Source of the DNA: Octopus vulgaris
Taxonomy: Eukaryota
Direction of reading: 5' to 3'
Assembly: GCA_951406725.2 (NCBI GenBank)
Contig: OX597820.1
Span: forward strand, 123,442,001-123,506,000
Length of the DNA: 64,000 nucleotides
The notes under the pieces are model-generated. The model made no database searches and had not been told where the DNA came from. It saw only the letters and a program-made list of their open reading frames with translations. A program made the translations under genes and the position numbers. This document shows positions 39,079-53,875 of this stretch, piece after piece (the stretch's first letter is position 1; every line of letters begins with the position of its first letter).

Positions 39079-39525
39079 TTCTTCTTCTTCTTCTTCTTCT
39101 TCTTCTTCTTCTTCTTCTTCTTCTTCTTCTTCTTCTTCTTCTTCTTCTACTTCTTCTTCTTCTTCTTCTTCTTCTTCCTCGTCTTCCTCTTCTTCTTCTT
39201 CTTCTTCTTCTTCTTCTTCTTCTTCTTCTTCTTCTTCTTCTTCTCTTGTTTCCTCTTCTTCTTCTTCTTTTTTTCTCTTCTTCTTCTTCTTCTTCTTCTT
39301 CTTCTTCTTCTTCTTCTTCTTCTTCTTCTTCTTCTCTTGTTTCCTCTTCTTCTTCTTCTCTTTTTCCTCTTCTTCTTCTTCTTCTTCTTCTTCGTCTTCT
39401 TATTTTTCTTCTTTTGCTTCTTCTTCATCGTCTTCTCCTCCTCCTCCTCCTCCTCCTCCTTCTCCTTCTCCTCCTCTCTCTTTCTCTATCTCTGTCTGTT
39501 TATCTCTCTCTCTCTCTCTCTCTAT
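39079..39525. repeat. Degenerate (CTT)n/(CCT)n/(CT)n polypyrimidine tract
   Basis: Directly visible. Confidence 0.95.
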
Positions 39526-41039
39526 CTCCATAGGTATATATATATATATATATATCTACTTATGTATATGTGTATTTATACTTTCGGAATATTTGCTTCT
39601 ATTGCATTCACACGTGCATTTACGATGTTATTGTTTCCCATTTGATATGCTTCGAAGCAATTTTCAAAAACCAGCTGAAACTGAATTTCTCAGTGCATCG
39701 GTGGTAGGTGTGTGCCAGCTATATCTTATTTTTACATTGTTTCTTATTTCCTCTCACGCTCCACCCGAACTTGCACGTCAACGACGATGAGAATGTTTAT
39801 GATTTTCAGTCAAACAAAAGACACAATACATCATCAAAGTGTTTATATTCTAAATCCGTGGATGTCTTCAAATATTTGGGATAATCAATTGAAAATTAAA
39901 AGGGGGACAGAAAGGTAAAATTTTAACTAACTTCGTCATCAATGAGCAAGATAGTCATCTTGACAGCGTTTATCCAAGCAGTTATTCTAATACTCTCCAA
40001 TCCGCTCTTCTCACCGTGTCACGTGATTTAATTGGATCCATAGAAATTCTATAGCATTATGTTGAATGGAGTGTTGAATGGAGTGTTTGTCATTTTAAAC
40101 TCTTCTGACAGTTGATACTTTGTAATTATTTCATTAGCCACGGGTCGAATAAGCCTATGATCAAAGGTAGGCCATCACATTTTGTTCATTGGTTCTGTGG
40201 ATCCGCAACTAAATTGCCTGACTAAAATGTTCTTTCATAAAGTCAATATATCGTAAAAGGCCTACAGACTATGTAGACGCTTCCCGAATGAATCATGGAG
40301 TTTTGTAGCAGCACCACACAGTCCAACATATGATTTGTTGGGAGACAAAATGCCAGGCTGACGAGATTATATCTCAAAATTAGTTGCCAAATAAATAAAT
40401 TTCTGTCAGTTAATAAGACTTTCTAACAGCATAATCTCAAGTCTCAGCAATGCTACTATCATAGACAGATGGTGTATCTTGATCATTGGATCCTCTCTCG
40501 AAATGGAACTCCTTATCATTTCTCTGTCATTTGAACAAACGATGATAGTTTATCGCTTGATACAGAATCGGAAACGATGTAATTATTACCCAGCCGAGCT
40601 GTGAGGGTTTCCCCTAGTCTCCTTGTTTTATCAACGGTAGTGGTATATGTTTACTGTGTAAGGTAATACACTGAAGTACCTTGATACTACATAAGAATTT
40701 ATACTTGGTTTTGTTGTTGATTAGCCCAAGTTCACTTAGTTCAAAAATGTTCCACTCGTGTCTATTCAGATGAAGAATATTTCTAAAACTACATTATGCA
40801 ACGCGTCCTTTCCTATTTTTGGGCCTATAGGGTATTGGTCTATAATCTTTTTGACTTGGTGGTATACGTGGAATCAGATAAAAACAGTTACGGGCAGCTG
40901 TACTTATATGGAAAATTAATCTGTTTCAAAATAAAAAATTACAAAAAAATGCTGCTTAGGTTATATTTATTGGGATTACTAAATGATACTGATCATAATT
41001 AGTGTGCTTTAGTAATCAGATTGATTAAATTTTTAGTTT

Positions 41040-41310
41040 TTGAGTTTAAAGGAGAAGACAGAAGCTATGGATTTTGCAGACCCTCCTTTACTAGTGAGGT
41101 TGACGTCGCTAACGTTCCGTTTAAACTGCTTCGAGTCAACACCTGCTGGAAAGTCATGCACAATGAGGAGATTTCAAAGGAACACTGCTGTGGGGAGGAA
41201 GCACTAGGCATATTGGATGGTGCGGAGCCGGGTTGGTAAAGAGTTAGAGAGAAAAGTGGGTCGAGGATGCCTAAGTGATAGAGATATGAGATCATCTAGC
41301 TCTGAGGAAC
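41040..41310 (-). mobile_element. Old interspersed repeat, probably a LINE 3' end
   Basis: Similar to 13220-13465. Confidence 0.5.
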
Positions 41311-42045
41311 AAAATATTTGGAAAAACACTCAAGCACTAGTATGGATGTTCTAAAGCATTAAATTAGAATCCTAGCATTCCGCATCGCATCTAAATATAT
41401 TTTGCTACACAAAGTTTGAGAGAAATCACTGTGGTAAGTTATTATATGAAGGGTATTGAACTGCTATATCTAGCAAATCCATTAACCATGTTGGTTTATA
41501 CATTAGATGTTTTATTACTCAGCATCGGATCAGTAGAAATCTAATGCCAAGTGTGACTAATAGAACACGAGTAATAGTTTTGTGCAAGACTACTATGTCA
41601 AGTCAGACAGCATGGACGTATTTTCTATATCTTGCAGCAATATTAAGAAGAACTCCAAATCAGCTCTACCAACAGCTGTAAACATCACGAAAATCTGGGC
41701 ATGATATATTATAGCTTATTTAGAATCATTCATACCATAATGCATCTTGTACCTTTTTTAACAATATATAAAACAATCAGCACACCATAATGGCCTTCGG
41801 AAAGCAACACATTTTATTTGAATTCTTAGATTATTTTCTATATTATATTTCATAAAGGGAAATATTTTCCGAAATATGATAGAAACATTAAACAACCAAT
41901 GTAAAGTAATACAATATCTTGCCTTTATTTTTATTTATTAGCATCACCTTACTTATTTTGTCCAATTTTATCGCCTGCCTTGCTAAAGTTTTATTTTAAT
42001 AGCTGAATCAATAAAAAAACTATGTTCTCGACATTTAAAGCATAT

Positions 42046-42500
42046 TGATCTTTTCGGTTTGAACGGCTGTTTTAACATAATTTCTAGGTATCTAAAACAT
42101 TTAAAACTTCGTATACTGGTAGAATGTGTTTATGAAACGTCTTTTTCTCTTGGCTTTGTTGAGAAAATTCTATAGTTTGTAAGATATTTGTTGTTTTTTT
42201 CTTCAATTTCTGCAATTTCAACCAATCAATGACGTCCATTGAGGTAAACAACATTCTGTGCCGTATGAATATGTCCCTCGTTTAAGAAACAAATTGGGTT
42301 TATTTACATTTGCGAAGAAAAAAAGATACCCTTCCCACCACCCTAACCCTAACCCTAACCCTAACTAACCCTAACTAACCCTAACTAACCCTAACCCTAA
42401 AAGAGATTGAAATACAATAGAACGATACTAGGGTCATAATTATGGGTGACAATTTCATATGACACCGCTAGAAAAACTGCCGTTCAAACCGAAAAGATCC
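42046..42500. mobile_element. Non-autonomous DNA transposon (MITE), ~27-bp TIR, 8-bp TSD, internal (CCCTAA)n
   Basis: TIR (t)gatcttttcggtttgaacggctgtttt / aaaactgccgttcaaaccgaaaagatcc; TSD aagcatat at 42038-42045 and 42501-42508. Confidence 0.9.
42341..42400. repeat. Interstitial telomere-like (CCCTAA)n with CTAA variants
   Basis: ccctaaccctaaccctaaccctaactaaccctaactaacc... Confidence 0.92.
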
Positions 42501-42548
42501 AAGCATATTTCTATAAGTTTTCCTAGTACCAGTTCTGTACCATGGTCC

Positions 42549-42591
<43 letters not shown>

Positions 42592-43524
42592 ACAAACACA
42601 CACAAACACACACACACACACACACAAACACATACAAACACACATGGACACACACACACACATACATACACACGTACACACGTGATTTATATACACACAC
42701 ACGAATACATAAGTTCATCAGACATCGTTTATGTTACTCTCATTCTTTAAATAGTTATTTAAACTGGCCTCTTGTATTCAGATGACCTATTCCAAAATTA
42801 TATTATCTATGCATCCGCTTACCTAGCTTCGCATATATTCGTCTTTATGTGCATTCATATCTCAGTTTCACTTTCAATTCGGTATCTCTGTCTGTAATCT
42901 AAAAACAACCAACCGATTATTCTTTAAAATATCAGTAAACGTATCAATTCTCAACAACAACTAAAGTTCAATATGATTCATATGGATATTAATTCAATTT
43001 TTCAATTTAAACCGTCTATCATAGGATCAATGTAATTCCCTCGAAATTTCAAAATACGATTTCACATTCTCTGCTTAAAATAAGTAATGTGTGATGTACA
43101 CTTTCCATTCACCTTTAAACTTTTCGTTGTAAAAGGAAACCTACGTATGTATGCATTAATGTATGTATGTATCTATGTATACATATAGATTTATATATAA
43201 GTGTGTATAAGATTCTCAGTGAATGTGTTTGCTTCTGTCTGTATTTGTGCATGGTTGGAATCTGCTATTGTTACATATAAGAATACAAGAGGGTATTGTA
43301 AAATATCTTTGAATGCACAAACGAAAACACTCATATTAATATGTATTATATATGAGGAAGAAAACTTCATATCTATATCATTGTGTGTGTATTTGTTTAT
43401 TTATGCATATGTGTATTACAAACTCACAGATACACACGCACAAACACACACACACATATATATGTATATACACATATGCATAGATATCAATATATGTATA
43501 CCATTGAAAAAACTATACCTACAT

Positions 43525-43555
<31 letters not shown>

Positions 43556-43582
43556 CATATATACATATATTTATATACATAT

Positions 43583-43625
<43 letters not shown>

Positions 43626-43842
43626 TACATATATACATATATATATACATATATACATATATTTATATACATATATACATATATATACATATATATATAT
43701 CTATATACATATATATATATATACACATATATATACACATATATATACACACATATATATACACATATATATATACATATATATATATACATATATATAT
43801 ACATATACATATATATATATACATATATATATATACATATAC

Positions 43843-43873
<31 letters not shown>

Positions 43874-43980
43874 CACACACAAGTAAAATGTAGTTTGAAT
43901 GCAGATGTTAATATAAAAGCACTTCAGTGTCTGGAATGTGTATTGAATATATCACTTTCAGCACCATACATATTTAAGCA

Positions 43981-44023
<43 letters not shown>

Positions 44024-44444
44024 ATACACACGAATACACACTAAACCGCACACTCATATATATTCACGAGTGCACACACACACACAGAAATACATACACA
44101 CGCGTACATGCACACACACACACAAACACACAAATACATACACACGCGTACACACACACACACACACTCACATACATACGCCCATAAAACTCAGTTCAAA
44201 AGTTTCTTTGTGTAAGGTTAGGTTATTTTTATTGTAGCTAATAGAGAAACAGTAGCAAAAGTTTATAATAATTTTGGTGGAGTGAAAGTTCATCGATACA
44301 TGGCTTATCGTTGTTTATCTTCTGATCTTTTGATATTTGTATCTACCAGAGAATTTGTTCCCCTCCCACCGCAGACTATGGTAGCCTTCACGTATCACAA
44401 TATAGACTTTAATGACCCTTCATAGTATACTCTCGTTTTTTTGT

Positions 44445-44829
44445 ACTCTTTTACTTGTTTCAGTCATTAGACTGCGACCATGCTGGAGCACCGCCTTTAG
44501 TCGACCAAATCGACCCCCAAGACTTATTCTTTGTATGCCTAGTACTTATTCTATCGGTCTCTTTTGCCGAACCGCTAGTTTAAGAGGGCGTAAACACACA
44601 AGCATCGGTTGTCAAGTAATATTGGGGGGACAAACATATATATATATATATATATATACATATATACGACGGGCTTCTTTCAGTTTCCGTCTACCAAATC
44701 AACTCACAAGGCTTTGGTCGGCCCAAGGCTATAGAAGAGAACATTTGCACAAGGCGCCATGCAGTGGGACTGAACCCGGAACCATGTGGTTGGTAAGCAA
44801 GCTGCTTACCACGCAGCCACTCCTACGCC
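44445..44829 (-). mobile_element. SINE family B copy
   Basis: Matches 35690-36128. Confidence 0.9.
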
Positions 44830-44916
44830 TATATCTGAAAGATTTATACATACATACATACATAATACATGCATACATACATACACACACACACACACGC
44901 GCGCACACACGTTCAT

Positions 44917-44967
<51 letters not shown>

Positions 44968-45041
44968 AGTTAATCACAGGTGTTCTCTATATAGAACACT
45001 CTTCGAAGTGCTCAAGAGATTTGAACTTGAGCCGGTAGATG

Positions 45042-45497
45042 AGTAAATGTAATGACAAGCAAGTAAGCTACGTCGATTTACACAGAATATTAAAATACAT
45101 TTAATAGAGAAAATGTACCTTTGTATGGATATATAATAGTCCGACTTACAGAATATAAATGATATCACGATTTAATGGCGGTCGGAATAATGAGAGTTAC
45201 TTGGATCCAGTATCGGATAACACCGCCTCCGTCTTCAGGGAAGAATTTTATATTGCAGGATATTGCATTTGAGGTGTTGACAAGATGGAGTTTAAAGGTA
45301 GAATCATTATTTCGGTCCACCAAGTCCCCAGAAACAGCTGTTGGAGTCGTAAAACTCTACCCATTTGATTCCTGATGTCATTTATATTCTGTAAGTCAGA
45401 CTATTCTATATCCATACACATGTATATATTTTCTATTAAATGTATTCAGTGCTCTGTGTAGATCGACTTGCCTAATTTGCTTGTCATTACATTTACT
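45042..45497. repeat. Long diverged inverted repeat (~126-bp arms, ~205-bp spacer)
   Basis: agtaaatgtaatgacaagc / gcttgtcattacatttact; gacttacagaatataaatga / tcatttatattctgtaagtc. Confidence 0.88.
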
Positions 45498-45571
45498 AAT
45501 AAATATCTCGTGAGCACCGCCAGCAATTTTTTTCCTCTGTCTTCCCTTCTCGGGATCTTTCCTTCTCCTTT

Positions 45572-45606
45572 GTTTCCGACGAAGAGCTTTGCTCGAAACG
45601 TTAAAC
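45572..45606 (+). ncRNA. Ultra-minimal hammerhead-like motif, CCGACGA core
   Basis: gttt-CCGACGA-a-gagc-ttt-gctc-GAAA-CG-TT-aaac; stem I gttt/aaac; ~100 nt upstream of (TA)n. Confidence 0.68.
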
Positions 45607-45703
45607 CCTCCTTCTTCCCTTCTTTCCTGAGCGTCCAATAATACTTTATTTGTTCCACGTCCTCGCGTTGCTGTGTGTTTTTTTGTGTTTTCTTGTTTGG
45701 ATT

Positions 45704-45764
<61 letters not shown>

Positions 45765-45841
45765 GCAGAGAGAAAGAGAGGAAGATAGAGAAAATGAATG
45801 CGTGTGTATATACGTATATATACATTCATACATACATACAC

Positions 45842-45872
<31 letters not shown>

Positions 45873-46000
45873 TTGATAGAGTCCCTATTTAGGACCATCG
45901 ATATTGAACTGATTTTTAGAACGAGGCGAAGAATTAGGCGCTTGCTCCGCCGTTGCCACTGGTTGTCCTAGTACTGCAGTACTTCCAGGTTTCAGAGGAA

Positions 46001-46160
46001 AGGTGCAAAAGTGGCTGTGTGGTAAGAAGCTTGCTTCCCAACATTATTCTGGGTTTAGTCCCACTGCGTACCACCTTGGGCAAGTGTCTTCAACTATAGC
46101 CTCGGGCTGATCAAAGCCTTGTGAGTGGATTTGCTAGATGGAAACTGAAAGTAGCCCATC

Positions 46161-46219
<59 letters not shown>

Positions 46220-46340
46220 TGTATGTATATTAGTGTGCTTGTGTGTCAGTGTTTGTTGCCTCACCATTGCTTGACAACCGATGTTGGCGTGTTTACGTCC
46301 CCGTAACTAAGTGGTTCGTAGGCTTACAAAGAACAAGTTC
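46001..46340 (+). mobile_element. SINE family B copy
   Basis: gtggctgtgtggtaagaagcttgc...agtcccactgcg...ttgacaaccgatgttggcgtgtttacgtcccc. Confidence 0.85.
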
Positions 46341-47176
46341 TTGTTAGATAAAGTAGCAGCTGCTAATTGTTTAGTAAAATACTATCTCTTCATTATATTG
46401 ACACACATTTAGTCACATACTACATTTGTTGGATCTTTGCAGTGCTTTCAGCTTTATCAATACTAAACGCACAGACACTGAAACACACGCACCCGCACAC
46501 TTGCGCGCACACACAGACATACACAGAGGGTATACACTATTGAAAGCTTTCTAAACTGCATATTCGTCTTTAGCAAGTATTTCTCATAGACGTGTTTTAA
46601 GACACTATAGTGTATATACACACGCACAAACGCACTGAAGCACACACAGTCAAATATATTGTTGAAGCTGCATAGGGTTGAAAATCGTTTCAAAATTATC
46701 TGAACCGGAATATGAAGTTCAAATGTTGCAAAATTCCTGTTTCTTCTGAAATTCTTTGACCTGCATTTTGCATTGACAACATTTTAGAAAAGCAGCATTA
46801 TACAGGTTGTAAACTTTCATGAACTTTGTTGTATGTCAATGTTCCACCTTTTTGTGAAATTGTACGGAATGCTGATGTTCATATATTTATTGAGGGTATA
46901 CGGATGTAAGCCGGAGAAGTAAGTAACTCCAACTAACCAAATTATCACCAAGCCAAATTACCCTTTGACATGGATCCACGTACAACTCCCACAATCAAAG
47001 AACAACGTGCCAAAGATTTTCTGAAACCAAAACTAACGCAAATTTAGCAAGTAGTATGCCAAATGCCAACAAGTTGAAATTTCAAAAGTCAATGTTAATA
47101 TTTTCCTGGTAAAAGGTTGGTTCATATAATAATATATTATATATATATATATATAATATATATATATATATATTAT

Positions 47177-47222
<46 letters not shown>

Positions 47223-47232
47223 CATATATATA

Positions 47233-47281
<49 letters not shown>

Positions 47282-47323
47282 CATATATATATATCATATA
47301 TATATATATATTCATATATATAT

Positions 47324-47384
<61 letters not shown>

Positions 47385-48065
47385 CAGGTTATCAATAAAT
47401 GATCAAGTCAAGTCAAGGTGAAGAACTCCACAAATTGGCTTGACGGAATGACCAAACAAAGTCAAATTACCTATTATTTCAGCACAGGATGCATCGATGA
47501 AGAAAGGTCACTGTTGTTAGGAAATCCACAATTCTAATAGTATCCAAAATATCTAAAATTATCTGACGATAAATGGAAAGTTAAGCGTGACGTAAATCTA
47601 AAATAAAACAAAGGAATGCATTATCTGGCATTGCTACGGTTGTTTCATTAGGAATCTTTATCACGAGATAAGCACAATGCGGAGAAAAGAGTTACATTGC
47701 ATATGTTACATAACTCCCGACTCATCAGGCAACTAAATAAACAAGGGAGCATTGTTACAGATCAACAACAAGTGAAATTTCTAATCGTTTTGTTTGTTGA
47801 ATGTCTCCACTGTCCTGTTTTTGTTACTCACTGTGACCCTCCGCAAATCCCTAATTATATTTTGGTTCGCTGGAACAACTGTCTTTCGAAGCCTCATATT
47901 GTCGTTAATTGCTCGAAACGAGTAGATGGACAAGCCGACAACTGATGAAGGGTCCTTCTTTATGTTACTTGTCTTCTTTTCCGTTTGTTTCTCTCGTTGC
48001 TTGTATACCCAAGTTTGTCTTCGTATTTCCTGTTGCTTACCTTTTGTGACGTCCTATACCCATAA

Positions 48066-48116
<51 letters not shown>

Positions 48117-48145
48117 TATGTATGTATATATCCGTATATATATAA

Positions 48146-48195
<50 letters not shown>

Positions 48196-48295
48196 TATAT
48201 ATATATGCATTATATATATATATGGATATATACATACATATATATATATGTATACACATATATATGTATGTATATATCCATATATATATATACGC

Positions 48296-48354
<59 letters not shown>

Positions 48355-49335
48355 TATGAATTGAAGAAGGATTGTCATAGGAGTCGGTGTCTTATAATTT
48401 GCATTGTAACGTCGTATTGATTATCTGTACAGTTGCAGAGAAAATTTCCCCTTTAATTATTTCCTCTAAACATAGTGATTCTGTTTTTACAGAATAATTT
48501 CATAAAATATTTCATGTAATACCAAAGTCTAAATAAAACGGCAGTTGCTTATATACTATAACATCAAATGCTGTTTTAGAAGCATAGGTTTAAGTGAAAT
48601 GTATTCGATTCTTCCTTGAGCAATATACTTTTGAAAATTCTGTTTTCAATAATAAACTTTCATATTGACAAACGTATACACACATACACGCACACACATA
48701 CACGCACACAAACAAGTTTTATCCTTGACTCGCAATTAATTGTTAGTTATTTGAGCTACTGATGTATTTCGGAAAAGTCGAGTTACATCAAACCTGCTTA
48801 TTTACTTACATGTATTAAGCATGTGAAGTTTTGCTCTTCACACTTGATTTGGCATTGACTTTAACGTTGGATTTTCAATATTCTCACTTCTACAGTTAAA
48901 TTTGATGTAAATCGTTATAATTTTGAACTAGTAGTAGATTTGTCCAAGTTTACCACGTCGTTACTGGCGCACCAGTGGTCAGAGTCCGGCAACAAGCACG
49001 GAGATGTTTTCAGGTTAATTCATACAGCAAGGAATATCTTCAATAAGCAAGAACGGTTTAGCATAAAGTTATTGAAGGATTTCATAGGCTAATTTTAAAC
49101 TGTTTCGAAATACCAGCACTACTATTTCAGAGAGATTAATGCTCCGTGGAAACGGAGCACACACACGCACACACACATACACACAGACACACACAGAGGC
49201 AAACCTACATACAACACACATGCGTAAATGGCCACTCACAAACGTTCCCCCACACAAAACTCGACTTACGTATATGTAAACAGTAGATAAAAATAAATTG
49301 CTCGACATATGTCGTGAAGGGTAAATGTTTCCACA

Positions 49336-49389
<54 letters not shown>

Positions 49390-49859
49390 CCATTATAGTG
49401 TTGAAACAATGCTTCTCTACTGTATAGGAATCACTGTATTGTTCCTACAAACTACTGCAGATCTCTGCACTCATAGAGTCACGCTCGCTGGAATCTAATG
49501 ATAACCACTGTCATAACTCGGAAGCGTTCATTAATAATTGTTCGTGCAAATACACAGGAACCTTGACTTCAATGTAGCTTTGCTATGATTCTTCAGCTTC
49601 CAATAAATACAAAATATCCCACAAGATCCTTAAAACTACGAGGCTCATTGTTCGAATACCTTGCACAGCACCCTGAGCAAGTATGTTTTACACCAAACAT
49701 AGGCCGTCGCGAATGCAATTTGCTAAAATTGTGTATGTGTATACGTGTGTATGTGTGTGTGGACGTGTGTATGAGTAAGTGTGGATATATACACGATTAT
49801 ACACACACATATAGGTATATGTATGTATGGTGTGTGTATATGTGTATGCATGTCTCTTC

Positions 49860-51452
49860 TATTAATTATTATAAATCTTCCACTGAAGAAAGACCCAATT
49901 TCCAACAAAGATACAAGACTCTGTTTTTGCGATATAGTTAGCACAAACAATTTTACATTTGGAATTTGAGAAATGTCTTGCATATTTTTACTGTTCCACT
50001 CACAGATTTCACTTGTAATGTACGAATTAGCCGGTCGATTTATCTTTCTGAAAATGCCAGTTTATCTAGATTCTCCTTTAAGCATTTACTAATAAAATGT
50101 AGTGTTCCAATTATTACTGCCATATATATGAATTCATATTCAGAATATAAAAGTTGTGGGTTTCCAAGCACTTGTCTATAGATATCCTTTTTTTTTATTT
50201 TCAAAGAGATATTTATATCTGCAGAGCAGCTGACCTCTATGACTGTACACAACTTTGCCCCTGTGTCCCAAACAACAATATCTGGCTTGTTATGCTTACA
50301 TTTGACAGAAGTTTTGATGGGAATATTCCACCAGTATTCCTTGAGTTGATGTTTATGAATGTATTCCATAGCAAAAGGATTTTTGAAGTTTATTTCAAGG
50401 CAGTATTTTATGCGGATGGCATTGTAAGATGTTTTAACGACAATATCGTGCTGCAGAGGGAGGTAGTACCGTGACGACATTTTAGAACAGTTGTTAATCA
50501 CATGCGTGATGTGCTCCACAGAAACATGACGTAACCTACACATGAGTTTGCACCTTGGGATTGCAAGAGCGTCACTGTCTCTCGTGTTCAACAGGTACTT
50601 TGTGGCAATCACATGTTTCTGGATTAAAAATGCATAGCCTTCAAAGTGTGATGTAATGTAGATATCTTGAGTCCAAGAGTGGCTTCTTCAAGCTTCTGGG
50701 CAACATAACCATGCATAGTCTTTTTTGTATGCTTTCCATCGAGATCTTCTCCGAAGTAAGAGAGCCCAGCTGTTCTGGAGCCGTATAGCAGATCATCAGG
50801 AAGGGAGTGCTTCTTGAGGAGCTCACTACCAAGTCGCACATTCTTACCCCCTTCATTTTTCAGCAATGCATTTAAATATTTATTTTTCCTGCTGTTGTTC
50901 AGCAGGTGCTGCCTGAGCGATACCATACGGCGTTTGAATGCCACCTGCACTGATCTCAGGCCTCTACCACCTTCATTTCTTCTGAGGTAGATCCTGTCGA
51001 CATCACTGTTTCTGTGGAAGTTTCCAGTTGTTGTCAGGATTTTGCGGGTTTAGATATCTATGGAGTGGATTCCCTCTACAGACTAATCAAGTCTCCCGAA
51101 TGTTGGCACCAGTACTGGTACTGCAAATGCATTATGGGATATTGTTTTGTTGCAAGAAGGAAGTTCCGACTGCCACATTTTCCTATGTCTGGTGTAATAT
51201 TCTCGGGTGTAATATTTTCGACTATGCCTAAGAGCTTGTAACCTTCTTTGTGTGGAATGGGGTATATAGAGAGACTGTTGATGCACAGGTTTTGGGTTTG
51301 GGTGACTGACTATTCTCGTTCTAGAATCAAATATGAACATTTTTTTGGCAAAATTCCATGCCTATATCAGCTGAAAACGTTGTTATTAGTTCCAGTTGGT
51401 TTTTGACATTATTAAAACTTTTAGCATAAATCTTGAGGTCATTTACATATGT
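49860..51452 (-). mobile_element. R4/Dong-like non-LTR retrotransposon fragment (RT C-half + RLE), degenerate
   Basis: YVNDLKIYAKS...FSADIGMEF; DVDRIYLRRNEGGRGL; CRLRHVSVEHITHVINNC; WWNIPI...HNKPDIVVWD...VIEVSC. Confidence 0.88.
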
Positions 51453-51563
51453 CTGTAAATATATATATATATGCGTGTGGGTGGATATGTATATATATAT
51501 GTATAAGGATATGTATGTATATATGTGTGTGTGTGTGTGTGTGTGTGGATATGTATATATACG

Positions 51564-51594
<31 letters not shown>

Positions 51595-52129
51595 AAGGAT
51601 ATGTATATATATGTATGTATATATATATATATGCGTGTGTGTGTGTTTGTGTATATATATACATTATATATGATCGCAAACAGATTTATATACGTATATA
51701 AGCAAACGCACGCGCGCGCACACAAACACACACACACACACACGCACACACGCACACACGCACACACATACACCCATATACCTTGAACTACATCGAAAGC
51801 TATCCAGCCATCCTACTCATTTCACCAACACTTTAATTACAAATATATCTCGACAACTCAGTCAAAGAATAGATTTTCAACAAGCACTCGAACCTTGATG
51901 CATTAACTAAAAGTGGTTTCCATGAGAAATTTAATAATATCAACCAGGAGAATAGAACTAGCAACTCTCATCTAAAAATATTTACGCTCACAATCCAAAT
52001 CCAAACGGTATTCTATGTTTAACGCTAATTTTTCTGCTCTAACACAACTAGCTTCCATCAAAATCAGTCTCTTTTAATGTAACCGAAATACACATGCACT
52101 CTCTTGACTGGGACATCAATTTCATTCCA

Positions 52130-52270
52130 GCAGCTTAGACATGGCTCTGTGGTAAAAAGTTAGATCCTTACTAATCGTATCCTTTTAGGTTCAGTCTTAC
52201 TACTACTACTACTACTATATCTCCAGGCCGACCAAAGCTTTGTGAGCGGATTTGAGAGACGGAAGATCAA
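52130..52270 (+). mobile_element. SINE family B head fragment
   Basis: atggctctgtggtaaaaag...ggccgaccaaagctttgtgagcggattt...gacggaa. Confidence 0.6.
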
Positions 52271-52275
52271 GTATG

Positions 52276-52374
<99 letters not shown>

Positions 52375-52475
52375 TGTAAACAAACTCGGAGGCTTGATAA
52401 GTTACGGAGAAAAAACAACTATGAAAGTATTGTATACAATAAATCTCTATCTCTCTCTCTCTCTCTCTCTCTTTC

Positions 52476-52528
<53 letters not shown>

Positions 52529-53106
52529 GTATACACTCCGATTTAAAGCGACATTTATCTAAATAATTGACTGGAAAATGATGAACTAACTCCGGCTAGA
52601 TTCGAACCCACATATTAAAGCTAACACGGTTCCTTGCGCATCCGATCGACTAAAAAGGCGATGCTCCAACATGACCTCAGTCAAAATGACTGAAACAAGT
52701 TGAAGAATAATATATACTTGCGGGACCCGTGGAATTTCCACGAACCGATTAATAGAACGTTGAGTAAATGACAAACTTTTTCAACATATGTGTATATATG
52801 AAAATAACGCATTGGAAAAAGGAATAAGTGAAATCTCTACGTAAATAATAGAATGAGATACTTAGGCAGCAAATACTAAAACTGCGTATATTTGTACTGC
52901 TTTGTTTATAAATACTTAAATTTTAGCTAATAAATCTATCCATTTTAACATACAATATTCATAGGCTGGGAAAATAAACAACACAGAGGTACCTAGGCGT
53001 GTCTACCATAAGTGCAAAGATTGCCAATGCTAATCAGTACGTGGTACTCTCCCCTCCCAACTTAGAGCCATGCCAGTTTCCGCCAATATAAATACAGAAA
53101 GCAATA

Positions 53107-53163
<57 letters not shown>

Positions 53164-53359
53164 TACAAAATTAGAGAATGGAGAAACATACTTAAATCAG
53201 TAAAACATCAACTATCAGATGATACTCAATCCATACTTTAATACACCATTACATATGAGTAAAGGCAATATATAAAATGAAATGAGATATAAAGTAATAG
53301 TAAAAAGATAAAGAGATATAAGTAAAAAATTTCAAATATAATATGCAAATAAATCAAAA

Positions 53360-53467
53360 CTGACAGCTGTTTCGGCAGTGAGGACAGTCATACCTCATTT
53401 AACCTATAAGCCATAAAGGCAGGTATAAATGAGGCATTAACAAGGATGCCCCACGGCCTCTTCAGAG
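53360..53467 (-). ncRNA. Type I hammerhead with ~85-nt stem II (copy A 3' UTR)
   Basis: ct-CTGAAGA-ggc...gcc-GAAA-CAGCTG-TC-ag. Confidence 0.82.
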
Positions 53468-53815
53468 AATTAAATTAAATTTGTTATAATAGTGAAAAAT
53501 ATTATATAATCATATACATATAAATATAAAAATATAAAAATGTAAAATATAATAACTTATACATCATAATGCTACACTTATATAATATAATACACATTTG
53601 TACAAAAAGGAAGGTAAACAGAACAAAATAAAACAAAATATATAACAGTGTATATATTAATATTAATAAGTACCGATATTATACATATTTGGCTAATAGT
53701 TTTTTTTATAAAAAAAGGCTAACACATATGGAGATGAAAAATAATAATTAAATCCGTGGTACAGTTCATAAAATTCTAAAGCTATAAAAGTTAATAAAAA
53801 TTACTATTAATAATC

Positions 53816-53875
<60 letters not shown>

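Noticed and set aside
46921-46965. Minus-frame peptide VIWLGDNLVSWS resembling Copia RNase H
   Set aside because: Flanking Copia motifs (STSGY before, KQ..VA.SS.EAEY after) are absent; likely chance
47490-47503. gcatcgatgaagaa, matching part of 5.8S rRNA
   Set aside because: Only 14 nt; the surroundings do not resemble rRNA
52586-52612. tRNA T-arm-like gggttcgaatctagccggag on the minus strand
   Set aside because: No cloverleaf; SINE-like remnant. SINE heads elsewhere were likewise not called tRNA genes
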